Assembly: GCA_046349655.1 (NCBI GenBank)
Contig: JAXMBY010000001.1
Span: forward strand, 181,351-245,350
Direction: 5' to 3'
Source of the DNA: Planctomycetota bacterium
GTDB taxonomy: Bacteria > Planctomycetota > B15-G4 > JAXMBY01
DNA length: 64,000 nucleotides
Notes under the pieces: model-generated
What the model saw: only the letters and a program-made list of their open reading frames with translations
Told to the model about the DNA's origin: nothing
The model's database searches: none
Made by a program: the position numbers and the translations under genes
In this document: positions 49,094 through 58,946 of the stretch, piece after piece
How the letters are laid out: the number at the start of each line of letters is the position of its first letter
Position numbering within the stretch: the stretch's first letter is position 1

Positions 49094-50143
49094 TCAATGC
49101 TTGACCGCGGCTTCCCAGACGGTGAGGCCGATGATCGACAGCACCGCACCGATGCCTAGCCACACGCTCACTTCCTGGAAGCGCGTCTTGCGCCGGATCC
49201 ACGCGTCCAGGAACGGCCAGAAGAACATCACGAACACGATCAGCCCCATGCTCAGGACCGCCGACGTGCCGGTGAACAGCTTGAGCCAGCGAAACGCCAC
49301 GTAGAAGAACCACTCGGGCTTGATCACCTCCGGCGTCTCGAGCGGATTGGCGCGCGGCCCCATGGTCGCCGGCAGGATCGTGGCGAGCGCGCTGAGCAAG
49401 ATCATCAGCATCAGCCCCATGATCAGCTCGGTGTACAGGTGGTCGGGGAAGAAGTTGAAGTGCCCGGGTGCGTCGCGCGGCTCGTCCTCGAACCGCAGCT
49501 CGGTGACGCCTTGCAGTCGAATCAACGTGATGTGCACCGCGAGCAGCGCGAGCATCGACATCGGCAGCACGGCGCCGTGCAGGATGAAGAAGCGGGACAG
49601 CGTCTGCGCGTTGTAGGCGTCGCCGGCGAGCAGCATGCGCTTCAAGAACTCGCCGATCACCGGCACGTTCTGGGTGATGTTGGCGCCGACCGTGGCGCCC
49701 CAGTAGCTCAGCTGTTCGTAGACCAGGCTGTAGCCGGTGAAGCCGGTCAACAGCGTGAGGATGAGCAGGCACATGCCGATCATCCAGTTGAGCTCGCGCG
49801 GCTTGCGGTATGCGCCGGTGAAGTAGACGCGCATCTGGTGCAGGATCACCGCCGCCACCATCAGCGTCGCCGCCCACTTGTGGACGCTGCGGATGTACCA
49901 GCCGAACGCGGCCTGGTCGGTGATGTAGCGCACCGAGTCGTACGCGGTGCTGGGTGCAGGCTCGTAGTAGAACGCGAGCAGCACGCCGGTCACGATCTGC
50001 ACCACGAACAGGTACGCGGGCGTGCCACCCAGGCAGAACCACCAGCGCTTGAGGTGGTTCGGCACCGGCTCGTTGGTGAGCTCGCGCAGCTGATCGCCGG
50101 AGAACGGAATGCGCTCCTCGATGAAGCGGGTGACGATGCCCAT
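49094..50143 (-). CDS. cytochrome b subunit of a bc-type complex
   Basis: PNHLKRWWFCLGGTPAYLFVVQIVTGVLLAFYY, RSVHKWAATLMVAAVILHQMRVYFTGAY (haem-ligating His pairs), WGATV motif. Confidence 0.85.
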   Translation of the reverse strand: MGIVTRFIEERIPFSGDQLRELTNEPVPNHLKRWWFCLGGTPAYLFVVQIVTGVLLAFYYEPAPSTAYDSVRYITDQAAFGWYIRSVHKWAATLMVAAVILHQMRVYFTGAYRKPRELNWMIGMCLLILTLLTGFTGYSLVYEQLSYWGATVGANITQNVPVIGEFLKRMLLAGDAYNAQTLSRFFILHGAVLPMSMLALLAVHITLIRLQGVTELRFEDEPRDAPGHFNFFPDHLYTELIMGLMLMILLSALATILPATMGPRANPLETPEVIKPEWFFYVAFRWLKLFTGTSAVLSMGLIVFVMFFWPFLDAWIRRKTRFQEVSVWLGIGAVLSIIGLTVWEAAVKH

Positions 50144-50145
50144 GT

Positions 50146-50682
50146 TCAGCACTGCCCGGGCGCGCCGGCCTGGCGGCCGGCGACGATGGTCGTGGGTACA
50201 AGGATGTACAGCAGGCCGCCGTCCACCTTGACCGGATACCTGAGCAGCGACTGTCCGGCTTCTCCGGGCGGCCCGCCGGGGGCCTTGCCGGACGGGTCGA
50301 ACGTGCCGTTGTGGCAAGGGCAGAAGAACCGGTTGTTCTGCGCTTCCCAGTGCACCTGGCAGCCGAGGTGCGGGCAGGTGCTCGACAGGGCGATGAAGTC
50401 GCTCGCGAGCCCGGCCGAGCCCTGGCGGGCGATCGCGACGCTGGCGCCGCCCGGGGTCTTGAAGCTGAGCGAGGCGCCGGGCCGGAAGCTCGCGACGTCG
50501 GCGACGTACCTCCAGGCCGTGGCCGTGGGTCTCGCCGGGTAGAGGAAGCGACCGGCCATCAGCGCGAACGTCCCGTAGCTCGCGACCAGTCCGCCGGCCA
50601 TCGCCAGCGAGGCGGCGCTGGCGACGAACGTGCGCCGGTCCGGGGGCAAGTCGCGGCCGCGATCTGGTTCATGCTGCGCCAT
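50146..50682 (-). CDS. Rieske [2Fe-2S] iron-sulfur protein with Tat signal
   Basis: DRRTFVASAASLAMAGG Tat motif; CPHLGC...CPCHNG Rieske boxes; GAGGA RBS. Confidence 0.85.
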   Translation of the reverse strand: MAQHEPDRGRDLPPDRRTFVASAASLAMAGGLVASYGTFALMAGRFLYPARPTATAWRYVADVASFRPGASLSFKTPGGASVAIARQGSAGLASDFIALSSTCPHLGCQVHWEAQNNRFFCPCHNGTFDPSGKAPGGPPGEAGQSLLRYPVKVDGGLLYILVPTTIVAGRQAGAPGQC

Positions 50683-50733
50683 GTCGTATCCTCGTCGGTG
50701 ACTGATTGAAGCGATCTCGCGGCGACGGCGGCC

Positions 50734-51741
50734 ATGGGGACATGGCCGCCGTGGGTCCACGATGGCCGGAGAATCTACCAGCCGGAACAGTGCCACGCCA
50801 TGCTCGACACGCCGCTTGCGAATCGATTGCGGAAGAACCATCGCCACCTGAAGAAGTGGGCGCGGCGCACCGGCGTGCACGCCTACCGCATCTACGATCA
50901 CGATCTGCCCGAGCAGCCGTTCGCGGTCGATCTGTACGACGACCACGTGCTCGCGCAGGAGTACGAGCGTGCCGTCCCGCTGGCCGATGCCGATCACGCT
51001 GCGTGGCTGAAGAGCGTGCGCGCGACCCTGTGCGAAGTGCTCGAGACCACCGACGACAATCTCCTGCTCAAGGTGCGGCGCCGGCAGAGCGACGGCACGC
51101 AGTACGAGAAGCTTTGCGACCGCAGGGTCGAGCTGATCGTGGTCGAGGGCGGCCATCGGTTCGCGGTCAACCTGTCGGACCACCTCGACACGGGGCTGTT
51201 CCTCGATCACCGTCTGACCCGCGCGATGGTGGGTGCGCTGGCCAGCGGCAAGCGGTTCTTGAACCTGTTCGCCTACACCGCCTCGTTCACCGTGTATGCC
51301 GCGCGCGGCGGCGCGGCGGCAACCACGTCGGTGGATCTCTCCAACACCTACCTCGCCTGGGCCGAGCGCAACTTCGCGCTCAACGCCATCGGCGGCACGC
51401 GGCACCGGCTGATCCGCGGCGATGCGCGCGAGTTCCTCGACGCTGCCGGGGCGCGGCGCGAGCGCTACGATCTGATCGTCATCGACCCGCCGACCTACTC
51501 GAAGTCGAAGATGGCGCCGAGCGATTTCGACGTGCAGCGCGACCACGCCGAGCTGCTCGCTGGCGCGTGCGCGCTGCTCGACCCGGGCGGTACCGTGGTG
51601 TTCTCGACCAACTTCCGCAAGTTCAGGCTGGACGCCGACCGGCTCGCCGGCGTGGCGGTACGCGACATCACCGCGCGCACGATCCCGCCGGATTTTCGCG
51701 ACGCCAGGATCCATCGCTGCTACTTGCTGAGCCGGCCGTGA
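50734..51741 (+). CDS. class I SAM-dependent rRNA methyltransferase (RlmK/RlmL C-terminal-domain-like)
   Basis: LIVIDPPTYSKSK (DPPxF/Y motif IV), FLNLFAYTASFTVYAA motif I region. Possible alternative start ATG 50800 (MLDTPLANRLRKN...). Confidence 0.65.
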   Translation: MGTWPPWVHDGRRIYQPEQCHAMLDTPLANRLRKNHRHLKKWARRTGVHAYRIYDHDLPEQPFAVDLYDDHVLAQEYERAVPLADADHAAWLKSVRATLCEVLETTDDNLLLKVRRRQSDGTQYEKLCDRRVELIVVEGGHRFAVNLSDHLDTGLFLDHRLTRAMVGALASGKRFLNLFAYTASFTVYAARGGAAATTSVDLSNTYLAWAERNFALNAIGGTRHRLIRGDAREFLDAAGARRERYDLIVIDPPTYSKSKMAPSDFDVQRDHAELLAGACALLDPGGTVVFSTNFRKFRLDADRLAGVAVRDITARTIPPDFRDARIHRCYLLSRP

Positions 51742-51841
51742 CTGCATTGAACCTGGCGGTTGACACGCGAGTGCGACGGCCTATCATCACCGGGCTTTGC
51801 TTGCGCCGCCTGCTGGCGATGCGCAGAGCAGACAACCCCTG

Positions 51842-51869
51842 GGCCGGACGGCCCATCGGCCGGACGGCC
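51842..51869. promoter_or_regulatory. two tandem copies of a 12-bp near-palindrome (candidate operator) upstream of a membrane-protein gene
   Basis: GGCCGGACGGCC-catc-GGCCGGACGGCC, 24 nt upstream of the GGAGGA RBS of the ORF starting at 51893. Confidence 0.25.
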
Positions 51870-51892
51870 AATCGGATGGAGGACATCGTCGC

Positions 51893-52544
51893 ATGTTGCT
51901 GAACCTCACGGTGCTGGCGGACGCCCTGCCAGAAGCCAGCTCGATCACCCAGGTTTTCGTGCGTTGGCTGCACGTGCTCGCGGGCATCACGTGGATCGGC
52001 CACCTGTACTTCTTCAACTTCGTCAACGTGCCGCTGCAGGGCAAGTCGACAAGGACACGAAGAAGGTGGTGAACCCGCAGCTCCTGCCGCGCGCGCTGTG
52101 GTGGTTCCGCTGGGGGGCGATGATCACATTCCTCGCCGGGCTGGTGCTGCTGTACTTGATGTATGGGCTGCCCACGCGCGCCGACAGCAAGCTCTGGTAC
52201 GATACCGATGGCAAGTTCAGCGGCCGCGCGATGTGGATCCTGCTCGGCGCGCTGCTGGGCACGATCATGTGGTTCAACGTGGTTCCGTGATCCGGCCGAT
52301 CCAGAAGAAGCTGATCGGCTGACCATCGCCGGCCAGGCGCCGCCGGAGATGGCGGTGCTCGCCAACCGCGCTGCTCGCCTCGCGCATCAACACGTTCTTC
52401 TCCGGCCCGATGCTGTTCGGCATGGTGATGGCTCCGCACCTGAGCTCGATGGACTGGCGCGTGTTCCTGGGTGCGATCGCCGTCGCGGTGATCGTCATCT
52501 GGCTCGCGATCAAGGGCTCGTTCACCGCCGGCAGCTCGTTGTGA
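51893..52544 (+). pseudogene. conserved integral membrane protein, at least 2 frameshifts
   Basis: MLLNLTVLADALPEASSITQVFVRWLHVLAGITWIGHLYFFNFVNVPLQG (frame A), then KVDKDTKKVVNPQLLPRALWWFRWGAMITFLAGLVLLYLMYGLPTRADSKLWYDTDGKFSGRAMWILLGALLGTIMWFNVVP (frame B), then ALLASRINTFFSGPMLFGMVMAPHLSSMDWRVFLGAIAVAVIVIWLAIKGSFTAGSSL* (frame C). Confidence 0.45.
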
Positions 52545-52636
52545 GACCGGGCGCGTGCGGCTGGCGGCCAGTGGGCGATTTGTCGTGACTTTCGGCCTAT
52601 GCCCGCCACCGCCGTGAGCCAGTATGATGCCGTGCC

Positions 52637-53755
52637 ATGGACACGGCCTCGTTGGTTCCGCGATGGTGGCGGCTCGCCGGCCTGATCACATGGGTCGTGG
52701 TGGGGGGGACCTTCCTGGTCGATTTCGCCGAGTCGCCGGGCCTGCTCCACCAGCGGCGGGTCTGGGCGCTCGGTCTGTGTACGTGCTGTTCGCGGTGCTG
52801 TTCGCGGCGACGGCGGCGCCGCGGCGCCGGCTCGCGCGCCCGACCCGCGTGACCTGATCCTGGTGCAGGCCGGCGCCGCCTTCCTGATCGCCTATCTGCC
52901 GCAGAAGGCCGTGGGCTTCATCTTCCTCGTGCTGGTGGCCGGTCAGCTCGGCACCCTGCTCGCGCCGCGGCCGGCGATCCTCTGGATCGTCGCGCAGTCG
53001 ACGGTGATGGCCTGATCTACCACGCCATGCTGCCGCTGCAGCTCGCGGTGGCTTACATCGGTGTGTACCTGGGCTTCGAGATCTTCGCCTATCTCACCGT
53101 GCGTGCGGCCGAGAGCGAGGCGTGCGCCGCTGCGCGGGTGAACGCCGAGCTGCGCTCGACCCAGGCGATGCTGGCGGAGCACAGCCGGGTGGCCGAGCGC
53201 ATGCGCATCGCCCGCGAGCTGCACGACGTGCTCGGGCACGACCTCACCGTGCTGTGCTTGAACCTCGAGGTGGCGCGCCACCTGACCGATGGCGACGTGC
53301 ACAAGCACGTCAGCACCAGCCATGCGCTCGCGCGCCGGCTGCTCGCCGACGTGCGCGGCGTGGTGAGCGACCTGCGCGGCGACGGCGTGGTGGATCTCAA
53401 GCGCGCCACGCGCGCGCTGGTGGAGGCGGTGCCGCGGCCGCAGATCCACGTCGCGCTCGCCGATGACCTGCACGTGGAGGATCCGGTGTGTGCGGACGCG
53501 ATGCTGCGCTGCACGCAGGAGATCGTCACCAACGCCATCCGCCATGCCGGCGCGGACAACCTGTGGCTCGAGTTCAGCAAGGTGGCGGAGCAGATCGAGA
53601 TCCGCGCGCGCGACGACGGCCGCGGGCGGACAAGGCGAGGGCAATGGCCTGAGCGGTACGCGAGCGGCTCGCGCGCCTCGGCGGCCCGGCTCGAGCGGCA
53701 CTTCGCGCAAGGCGCCGGCTTCGCGCTCACCGCCACGATCCCGTGCGCTGCGCGC
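52637..53755 (+). pseudogene. membrane sensor histidine kinase (HisKA_3/NarX-type), about 5 frameshifts
   Basis: TM segments in three different frames (MDTASLVPRWWRLAGLITWVVVGGTFLV / YVLFAVLFAATAA / DLILVQAGAAFLIAYLPQKAVGFIFLVLVAGQLGTLLA). H-box ERMRIARELHDVLGHDLTVL. HATPase EIVTNAIRHAGADNLWLE...RARDDGRG; the G2 box (GQGEGNGLSGTR) sits in another frame. Confidence 0.55.
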
Positions 53756-54406
53756 ATGAGCGAGCCGCGCGTGCAGGTGCTGATCGTCGATGACCAGACG
53801 CCTGTTCGCCAGGGGGTGCGCAGCCGCTCAGCCTCGCGCCCGGGATCGCCGTGGTGGGCGAGGCGAGCGATGGCGTCGAAGCCCTGCAGTCGCTGCGTGC
53901 CGGCTGCAGCCGCACGATCCTGCTCGACCTGCGGATGCCGCGGCTTCGACGGCATCGCCGTGCTGAACAGCCTGCGGCGCGAGCCGCGCGCGCCGCCCGT
54001 GTTGATCCTCACCACGTTCGAGGACACCGAGCTCGTGCTCGAGGGCATCCGCGCCGGCGCGCGTGGCTACCTGCTCAAGGACGTGACCCTCGAGCAACTG
54101 GTGCAGGCGATCCACTGCCTGCATCGCGGCGGCACGATGTTCCAGCCGGCGATCACCGATCGCATCCTGCGCGGCATCGATCGGGTGCCGGCGCTGCCGG
54201 CGGGCGCGCCGCCTCACCCGCTCACGCCGCGCGAGACGCAGGTGCTGCGCCTGCTCGCCGGCGGCTACAGCAACCGTGAGATCGCGTTTGCGTTCGAGGT
54301 GGCGGAGGGCACGGTGAAGAACCAGGTGTCGAGCATCCTCGCCAAGCTCGGCGTGCGCGACCGCACTCGCGCGGTGCTGAAGGCGCTCGAGCTGGGCTGT
54401 TTCTGA
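53756..54406 (+). pseudogene. NarL/FixJ (LuxR-type HTH) response regulator, 2 frameshifts
   Basis: RVQVLIVDDQTPVRQG (frame A), then IAVVGEASDGVEALQSLRAGCSRTILLDLRMP (frame B), then GFDGIAVLNSLRRE...LTPRETQVLRLLAGGYSNREIAFAFEVAEGTVKNQVSSILAKLGVRDRTRAV (frame A, LuxR HTH). Confidence 0.55.
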
Positions 54407-54426
54407 GCGCGACCCTCGGCGCGCCC

Positions 54427-55401
54427 TCAGCCCCAGGACACCGCCGCCTGCCGCAGCGCTTCCTTCAACCCCGCCATGCTCTGGCGGCTCGCCGCCTCGG
54501 GCGCGCCGCCGCCCTGCCAGTGAGTCTCGAGCACGACCGCGCCGCGGTAGCCGTCGCGCGCGAGCGCGCGGAACAGCCCGACGAAGTCGACCATGCCGCG
54601 CCCGACCGCGGTCCACTCGTAGCCGCCATCGGCCTTGCGCACGACGTCCTTGCAATGCACGTGGCCGACCCTGCCGCTCGGCAAGGCGGCGTAGAAGTCG
54701 GGGTAGGCAACCTCGCCCGCGAACGCCGCGTTGCCAGGATCGAAATTGAGCTTGAAGTGCTCGGAGCGCACTGCGTCCAGGGTGTGCAGCGTCTCGGCGA
54801 GCGTCGACGAGTTGCACTCGTACTCGTTCTCCATCACCAGCGTGATGCCTTGTTCCGCGGCACGGTCCGCAGCCGCACGCAGTCGCTGGTCGATCGCCGC
54901 CCGGAACGGCGCGCAATCGTCGAGGCGCCAGAAATCGAAGCAGCGCACGTGATCGGTGCCGAAGCGGTGTGCGAGCGCGAGGCTGCGCTCCAGCACGTGC
55001 TCCTGCTGCTCGAAGGTGAAGCTCGCCCCGAACTGCTGTTGCTCCGGGCTGAAGCGCGACCGCGGTGCACCCGGCCAGTCCACCTTGAATAGCGGGCCGG
55101 CAATCGACGAGACCCGCAGGCCGCGCTCATCGAGCAGCTGCAGCACCGTGTCGATCTCGCGGTCGTCGAGCGCGATGATGTTCTTGCCCCACATGCCGCG
55201 CAGCTCGACGTGGTTGAGCTTCAGCTCGCGCGCCACGTCGAGCGCATGCGCGAGATCCTGACTGATCTCGTCGGTGAACACCGACAGCCGCACGGTGGGC
55301 TCACGCGCCCTGGGCGGCGCGGCACAGCCCGCCATCACCACCGACGCACCGGTGGCGAGCGTGCTGTGCAAGAACTCGCGGCGGCTTGGCCTTGCTGCCA
55401 T
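54427..55401 (-). CDS. Tat-exported sugar-phosphate isomerase/epimerase (xylose-isomerase-like TIM barrel)
   Basis: SRREFLHSTLATGASVVMAGCA Tat signal; TIM-barrel pattern with HVELRG...LVMENE...HVHCKD. Confidence 0.75.
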   Translation of the reverse strand: MAARPSRREFLHSTLATGASVVMAGCAAPPRAREPTVRLSVFTDEISQDLAHALDVARELKLNHVELRGMWGKNIIALDDREIDTVLQLLDERGLRVSSIAGPLFKVDWPGAPRSRFSPEQQQFGASFTFEQQEHVLERSLALAHRFGTDHVRCFDFWRLDDCAPFRAAIDQRLRAAADRAAEQGITLVMENEYECNSSTLAETLHTLDAVRSEHFKLNFDPGNAAFAGEVAYPDFYAALPSGRVGHVHCKDVVRKADGGYEWTAVGRGMVDFVGLFRALARDGYRGAVVLETHWQGGGAPEAASRQSMAGLKEALRQAAVSWG

Positions 55402-55500
55402 GCGGGGATCCCTCCGTCATCGTGGTGGGCTTGCTGTATCACGGTGCCGCGGTGCTGTAAAGCGCCGGCTCCAGCGCGTCCGCCCACGGATCGGTCCAGC

Positions 55501-55869
55501 TCAACGCTCGGGTGGGAACAGGATCAGGTCGGCAGCCATGAACAGGCTGCGTGCGTAGCGAAAGAACAGCAGTGGGAAGATCAAGCCGAACAGCGTCCAC
55601 GGCACGAGCTGCACGCCGATCGGGATGCCGAATGCGAAGCGCAAGGTGAAGCAGCCGCTCACCATGATGAGCCCGGTGGTGAGGTAGTTCACGTAGATCG
55701 AGCCGATGAAGTAGCCCTGCTCGCGCTCGAATCGGAACTGACACGTCGCACAGCGCGCGTGCATCCTGAGCAGCGAGGCGAACTGGTGACCGGTGCCGCA
55801 AGCGGGGCACCGCAGCCGCAGGCTGCGCCAGACGATGCGCGAGGCGCGGGGTCGACGCATGGTGGGCAT
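55501..55869 (-). CDS. DUF983-like zinc-ribbon membrane protein
   Basis: CPACGTGH...CATCQ zinc ribbon followed by 2 TM helices; ATGA overlap with the upstream HEAT gene. Confidence 0.55.
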   Translation of the reverse strand: MPTMRRPRASRIVWRSLRLRCPACGTGHQFASLLRMHARCATCQFRFEREQGYFIGSIYVNYLTTGLIMVSGCFTLRFAFGIPIGVQLVPWTLFGLIFPLLFFRYARSLFMAADLILFPPER

Positions 55870-57122
55870 CAGCCTTGCGGCCCGAGCTTGCCGCCGATCG
55901 CGGTGAGCGCTTGCCGCAGGTGCGCGCGCAGGCCGGCGGCGCGTGGATCGGCGGCCCTGGCGAGCGGCTCGTCTGGGATCGAGTCGAGCAGCTCCGCGGC
56001 GAGCCGCGAGAGCGCGGCCGGGCGAATCGCCTCCTTCATGTCCGGCGACTTCATCACCCGCACGGTCTGCACCCTGGCGGCAGCGCGCGGGTCGGTCTGC
56101 ACGTGGAACTGTTCGAAGTCGCAGCCGGGGGTGCCGTACACGCGCTGTTCGTGCAGCTCGGCGATCGCCGCCGTGGCGTTCGCGAGCAAGCGCGCGACGG
56201 TGCCCTTCGCCAGCGCCACCCGCAACGGCAGGCCGGTGCCGACCAGGAGCTCGTCGTCGAGCGTCCAGCGCAGGAAGAACTCGCCATGGCGGCACGAGCG
56301 CACCTCGAGGCCGAGCGCGTCGCCAGGCGTCGCGTGGCCGGCGCGCGCGATCGCCGGCACCACCGGCAGCGGCTTGCCGGCGCGGGTCGCGGCCCGCGCG
56401 CGCAGCGCGGCGATGGCGGTGCGATTGGCGGCATCGTCCGGGGCCTTGGCCGGGTCGTAGCCAAGGCGATCGCCGAGCAGCGCCTCGAGCGCACGCGTGG
56501 CCTCGATGCGCGCGGTCTTGCCGGTGGCGAGCTCGAAGAACTGGTCATCGCGCTCGAGATCCTCGAGCAGCCAGGCGACCGCTGTCTTGTCGCCCCAGCG
56601 ATCGCACAGCCTCGCCGCCTGCCGGCGTACCCGGTCGTCCGCATCCTGCAGCAGCTCGCGCACGCGTGCCTGGCGGTCCCGCAGGTCGAGCTGATCGATC
56701 GCCTCGATCGCGGCCAGCCGGACCGCGCTCAAGGCATCGCCGCTGAGCTGCTGGAAGCGATCCGCCTCCGCCGCGCTCGCCTTGACCACGAGGCTGCGCG
56801 CAGCGGCCGGTCGCCACGGGAAGTCCCGGTCCTGCACCGCGCGCCACAAGAGCTCGCGCAGGCGTGCATCGCCGAACTCGCCGAGCACCTCGATCAGGTC
56901 GGTGCCGAGCGCGGCAGCGCTGGCGGTGCCGTCGCCCGCCTCGCGCACCAGGCGCTCCGCCGCAGGCTGACCGAGCTTGAGCAAGCGTCGCGCTGCCTGC
57001 GGGCGAATCACCGGCGAGCCTTGCCGGGCGTCGTGCAGCAGGCGCTCGATCTGGGCGTCGACCGGGTCTTGCAGCAGGACGAGCGACAGCGCGACTGCGA
57101 GGCTGGCGCAGCCGTTACTCAA
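55869..57122 (-). CDS. secreted HEAT/ARM-repeat protein
   Basis: Signal peptide MSNGCASLAVALSLVLLQDPVDA; repeated D-x-V-R-R-x-A-A-R-x-L HEAT-like helices. Confidence 0.6.
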   Translation of the reverse strand: MSNGCASLAVALSLVLLQDPVDAQIERLLHDARQGSPVIRPQAARRLLKLGQPAAERLVREAGDGTASAAALGTDLIEVLGEFGDARLRELLWRAVQDRDFPWRPAAARSLVVKASAAEADRFQQLSGDALSAVRLAAIEAIDQLDLRDRQARVRELLQDADDRVRRQAARLCDRWGDKTAVAWLLEDLERDDQFFELATGKTARIEATRALEALLGDRLGYDPAKAPDDAANRTAIAALRARAATRAGKPLPVVPAIARAGHATPGDALGLEVRSCRHGEFFLRWTLDDELLVGTGLPLRVALAKGTVARLLANATAAIAELHEQRVYGTPGCDFEQFHVQTDPRAAARVQTVRVMKSPDMKEAIRPAALSRLAAELLDSIPDEPLARAADPRAAGLRAHLRQALTAIGGKLGPQG

Positions 57123-57543
57123 CGGATTCCGCCTCCATGCGATAGAGGCTGGTGACGTAGCCGTCCTCCTTCTCCTCGCCCACCGCGAGCGTGCCGGTGA
57201 CCTTCACCACGTTCGGCGTGTAGCCGATGGTCTTGTCCTTCAGCTTCACCTTGACGAAGTGATGCACCTTGCGGCCATTGCAGCCGCAGTTGTCGGACGC
57301 GAGGCGGAACTCCTTCGCGCCCTCCTGCGTGGTCACGTCCATGTAGCCGGAGATGCGCACGCGCTGCCCATCCAGGTTCTGGATGCGCGACGGCAACGGC
57401 TTGCCCTCCTCGTAGTCGATGCCGCTCAGGTCGAGCATGTCGATGTCCTTGACGTCGCCCAGCATCGTCCGGAAGGGAGCGAGCGGCGCGGCGGCGAGCG
57501 TCGTCCACGCGAGCCAAACCCAGAGCGCCATGCGAATGCTCAT
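57115..57543 (-). CDS. DUF3299-family secreted protein (copy 1)
   Basis: Signal peptide MSIRMALWVWLAWTTLAAAPLA; C-terminal GYVTSLYRMEAESVE, same family signature as copy 2. Confidence 0.55.
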   Translation of the reverse strand: MSIRMALWVWLAWTTLAAAPLAPFRTMLGDVKDIDMLDLSGIDYEEGKPLPSRIQNLDGQRVRISGYMDVTTQEGAKEFRLASDNCGCNGRKVHHFVKVKLKDKTIGYTPNVVKVTGTLAVGEEKEDGYVTSLYRMEAESVE

Positions 57544-57671
57544 CACGCACCTCGAACCAGTTCATCGGCAAAGCAGCGCCCGGAGTATACCCTGGGCCAG
57601 CGCGTGCCACAAACGCGTGGCGGGCCGCGGCTGATCGGCGATGGCAAGGGGGCTGCGGCGGCGGGCGCGCC

Positions 57672-58946
57672 TCAGCTGGTGGGCGCGAGGTGGAGCGCCA
57701 CCTCGGTGCCATAGGCCTTGGCGGCGGGCACCAGGCCGGCAAGCGCGCCCAGGGTCACCATGGCACCCGGCGCGATCACCATCACCGGCTGGAACGTGAG
57801 CACGTGCAGCACGACGCCGGTCTCGCGCTGCAGCACGGCAGCGACCACCGCCATGATGGAGAAGTGCACCAGGATGCCGAGCATGCTGCCGGCGGCGGCG
57901 ATGGTGCTCGCCTCGAGCACGATCACGCCGAACACGGTGCGGCGGCGCGCACCGAGCGAGCGCAGGATGGCGACCTCGCGCCGGCGCTCGTTCATCGTGT
58001 TGTAGAGGCTGGCGAGGATCGACGCCGCTGCCACGATCACCACCAGGTAGGCCACCAGCTCGAGCACGCGGTTCACCCAGCCGAGCTTGTCGAACAGCTC
58101 GGCCATCACCGTGCCGATCGGCCATGCGAGCGTGGCCACCTTGCCCTGGCGGTTGATCGCCTGGTCGAGCGCAAAGCCCGCCTGCGTACCGTTCAGCTTG
58201 AGCAGCACCGCGCTCACTTCCTTGTGCGCATCGTCGATCGCCAGGCCGGCGCGCGGCGTGTAGGCGTCGCCGCTGCCGCGCAGCACGTGTCCCGACATGC
58301 GGAACACGCCGTCGATCGGGATGAAGATCACGCGGTCGCACGGCGAGTTGCTCGGCTCGAGCACGCCCACCACCACGTACTGCTCGTCGTGCTGCTCGGC
58401 GTCTCTGGCAATGCCGTGCGATGGTGCAAAGCAGGCGCCCACCCGCAGCCCGCTGCGCGCCGCCACCGTGCTGCCGATCACCGCCTCGCGCCGCGCCGGG
58501 TCGAAGCAGCGTCCGCCGTGCGCGACGGTGAGCTTCTCGCCGGCGCGGTATTCGAGCGTGGTGAACACCTCCGCGGTCGTGCCCACCACGCGAAAGCCGC
58601 GGTAGCTGTCGCCGACCGCGTACGGGATCGCCAGCGTCACGCGCGGATCGCGCTTCACGTCCTGGTACAGCTGCCACGGAATGTTGCCGGGGGACGTCTC
58701 CAGGTGATAGACCGCGTTCAGCACCAGCTGCAGCGCGCTGCCGCGCGCGCCGAGCACTGCGTCGAAGCCTGCATTGCCGCCGGTGAACGCGGCCTGCGTC
58801 TGCGCCTTCACGCTGAACACGGCGATCGAGAGCCCGCAGGCGAGGCTCACGCATGCTGCCGTGATCGCCGTCGACACCGCGTGCTGGCGCAAGCTGCGGC
58901 GCACCAGGAACCACAGCGTTGCGAGGCGCGCGATCAGCCGATTCAT
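57672..58946 (-). CDS. FtsX-like ABC transporter permease
   Basis: 4 TM with a large periplasmic loop and RRREVAILRSLGA FtsX motif; intact. Confidence 0.8.
   Translation of the reverse strand: MNRLIARLATLWFLVRRSLRQHAVSTAITAACVSLACGLSIAVFSVKAQTQAAFTGGNAGFDAVLGARGSALQLVLNAVYHLETSPGNIPWQLYQDVKRDPRVTLAIPYAVGDSYRGFRVVGTTAEVFTTLEYRAGEKLTVAHGGRCFDPARREAVIGSTVAARSGLRVGACFAPSHGIARDAEQHDEQYVVVGVLEPSNSPCDRVIFIPIDGVFRMSGHVLRGSGDAYTPRAGLAIDDAHKEVSAVLLKLNGTQAGFALDQAINRQGKVATLAWPIGTVMAELFDKLGWVNRVLELVAYLVVIVAAASILASLYNTMNERRREVAILRSLGARRRTVFGVIVLEASTIAAAGSMLGILVHFSIMAVVAAVLQRETGVVLHVLTFQPVMVIAPGAMVTLGALAGLVPAAKAYGTEVALHLAPTS

Noticed and set aside
57590-57630. Sigma-54 promoter (minus strand TGGCACG-CGCT-GGCC) between the FtsX permease and the DUF3299 gene
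   Set aside because: -24 element is perfect but the -12 GC is shifted by one (GGCC instead of TTGC). Recorded only as a palindromic GCGTGCCAC/GTGGCACGC motif.
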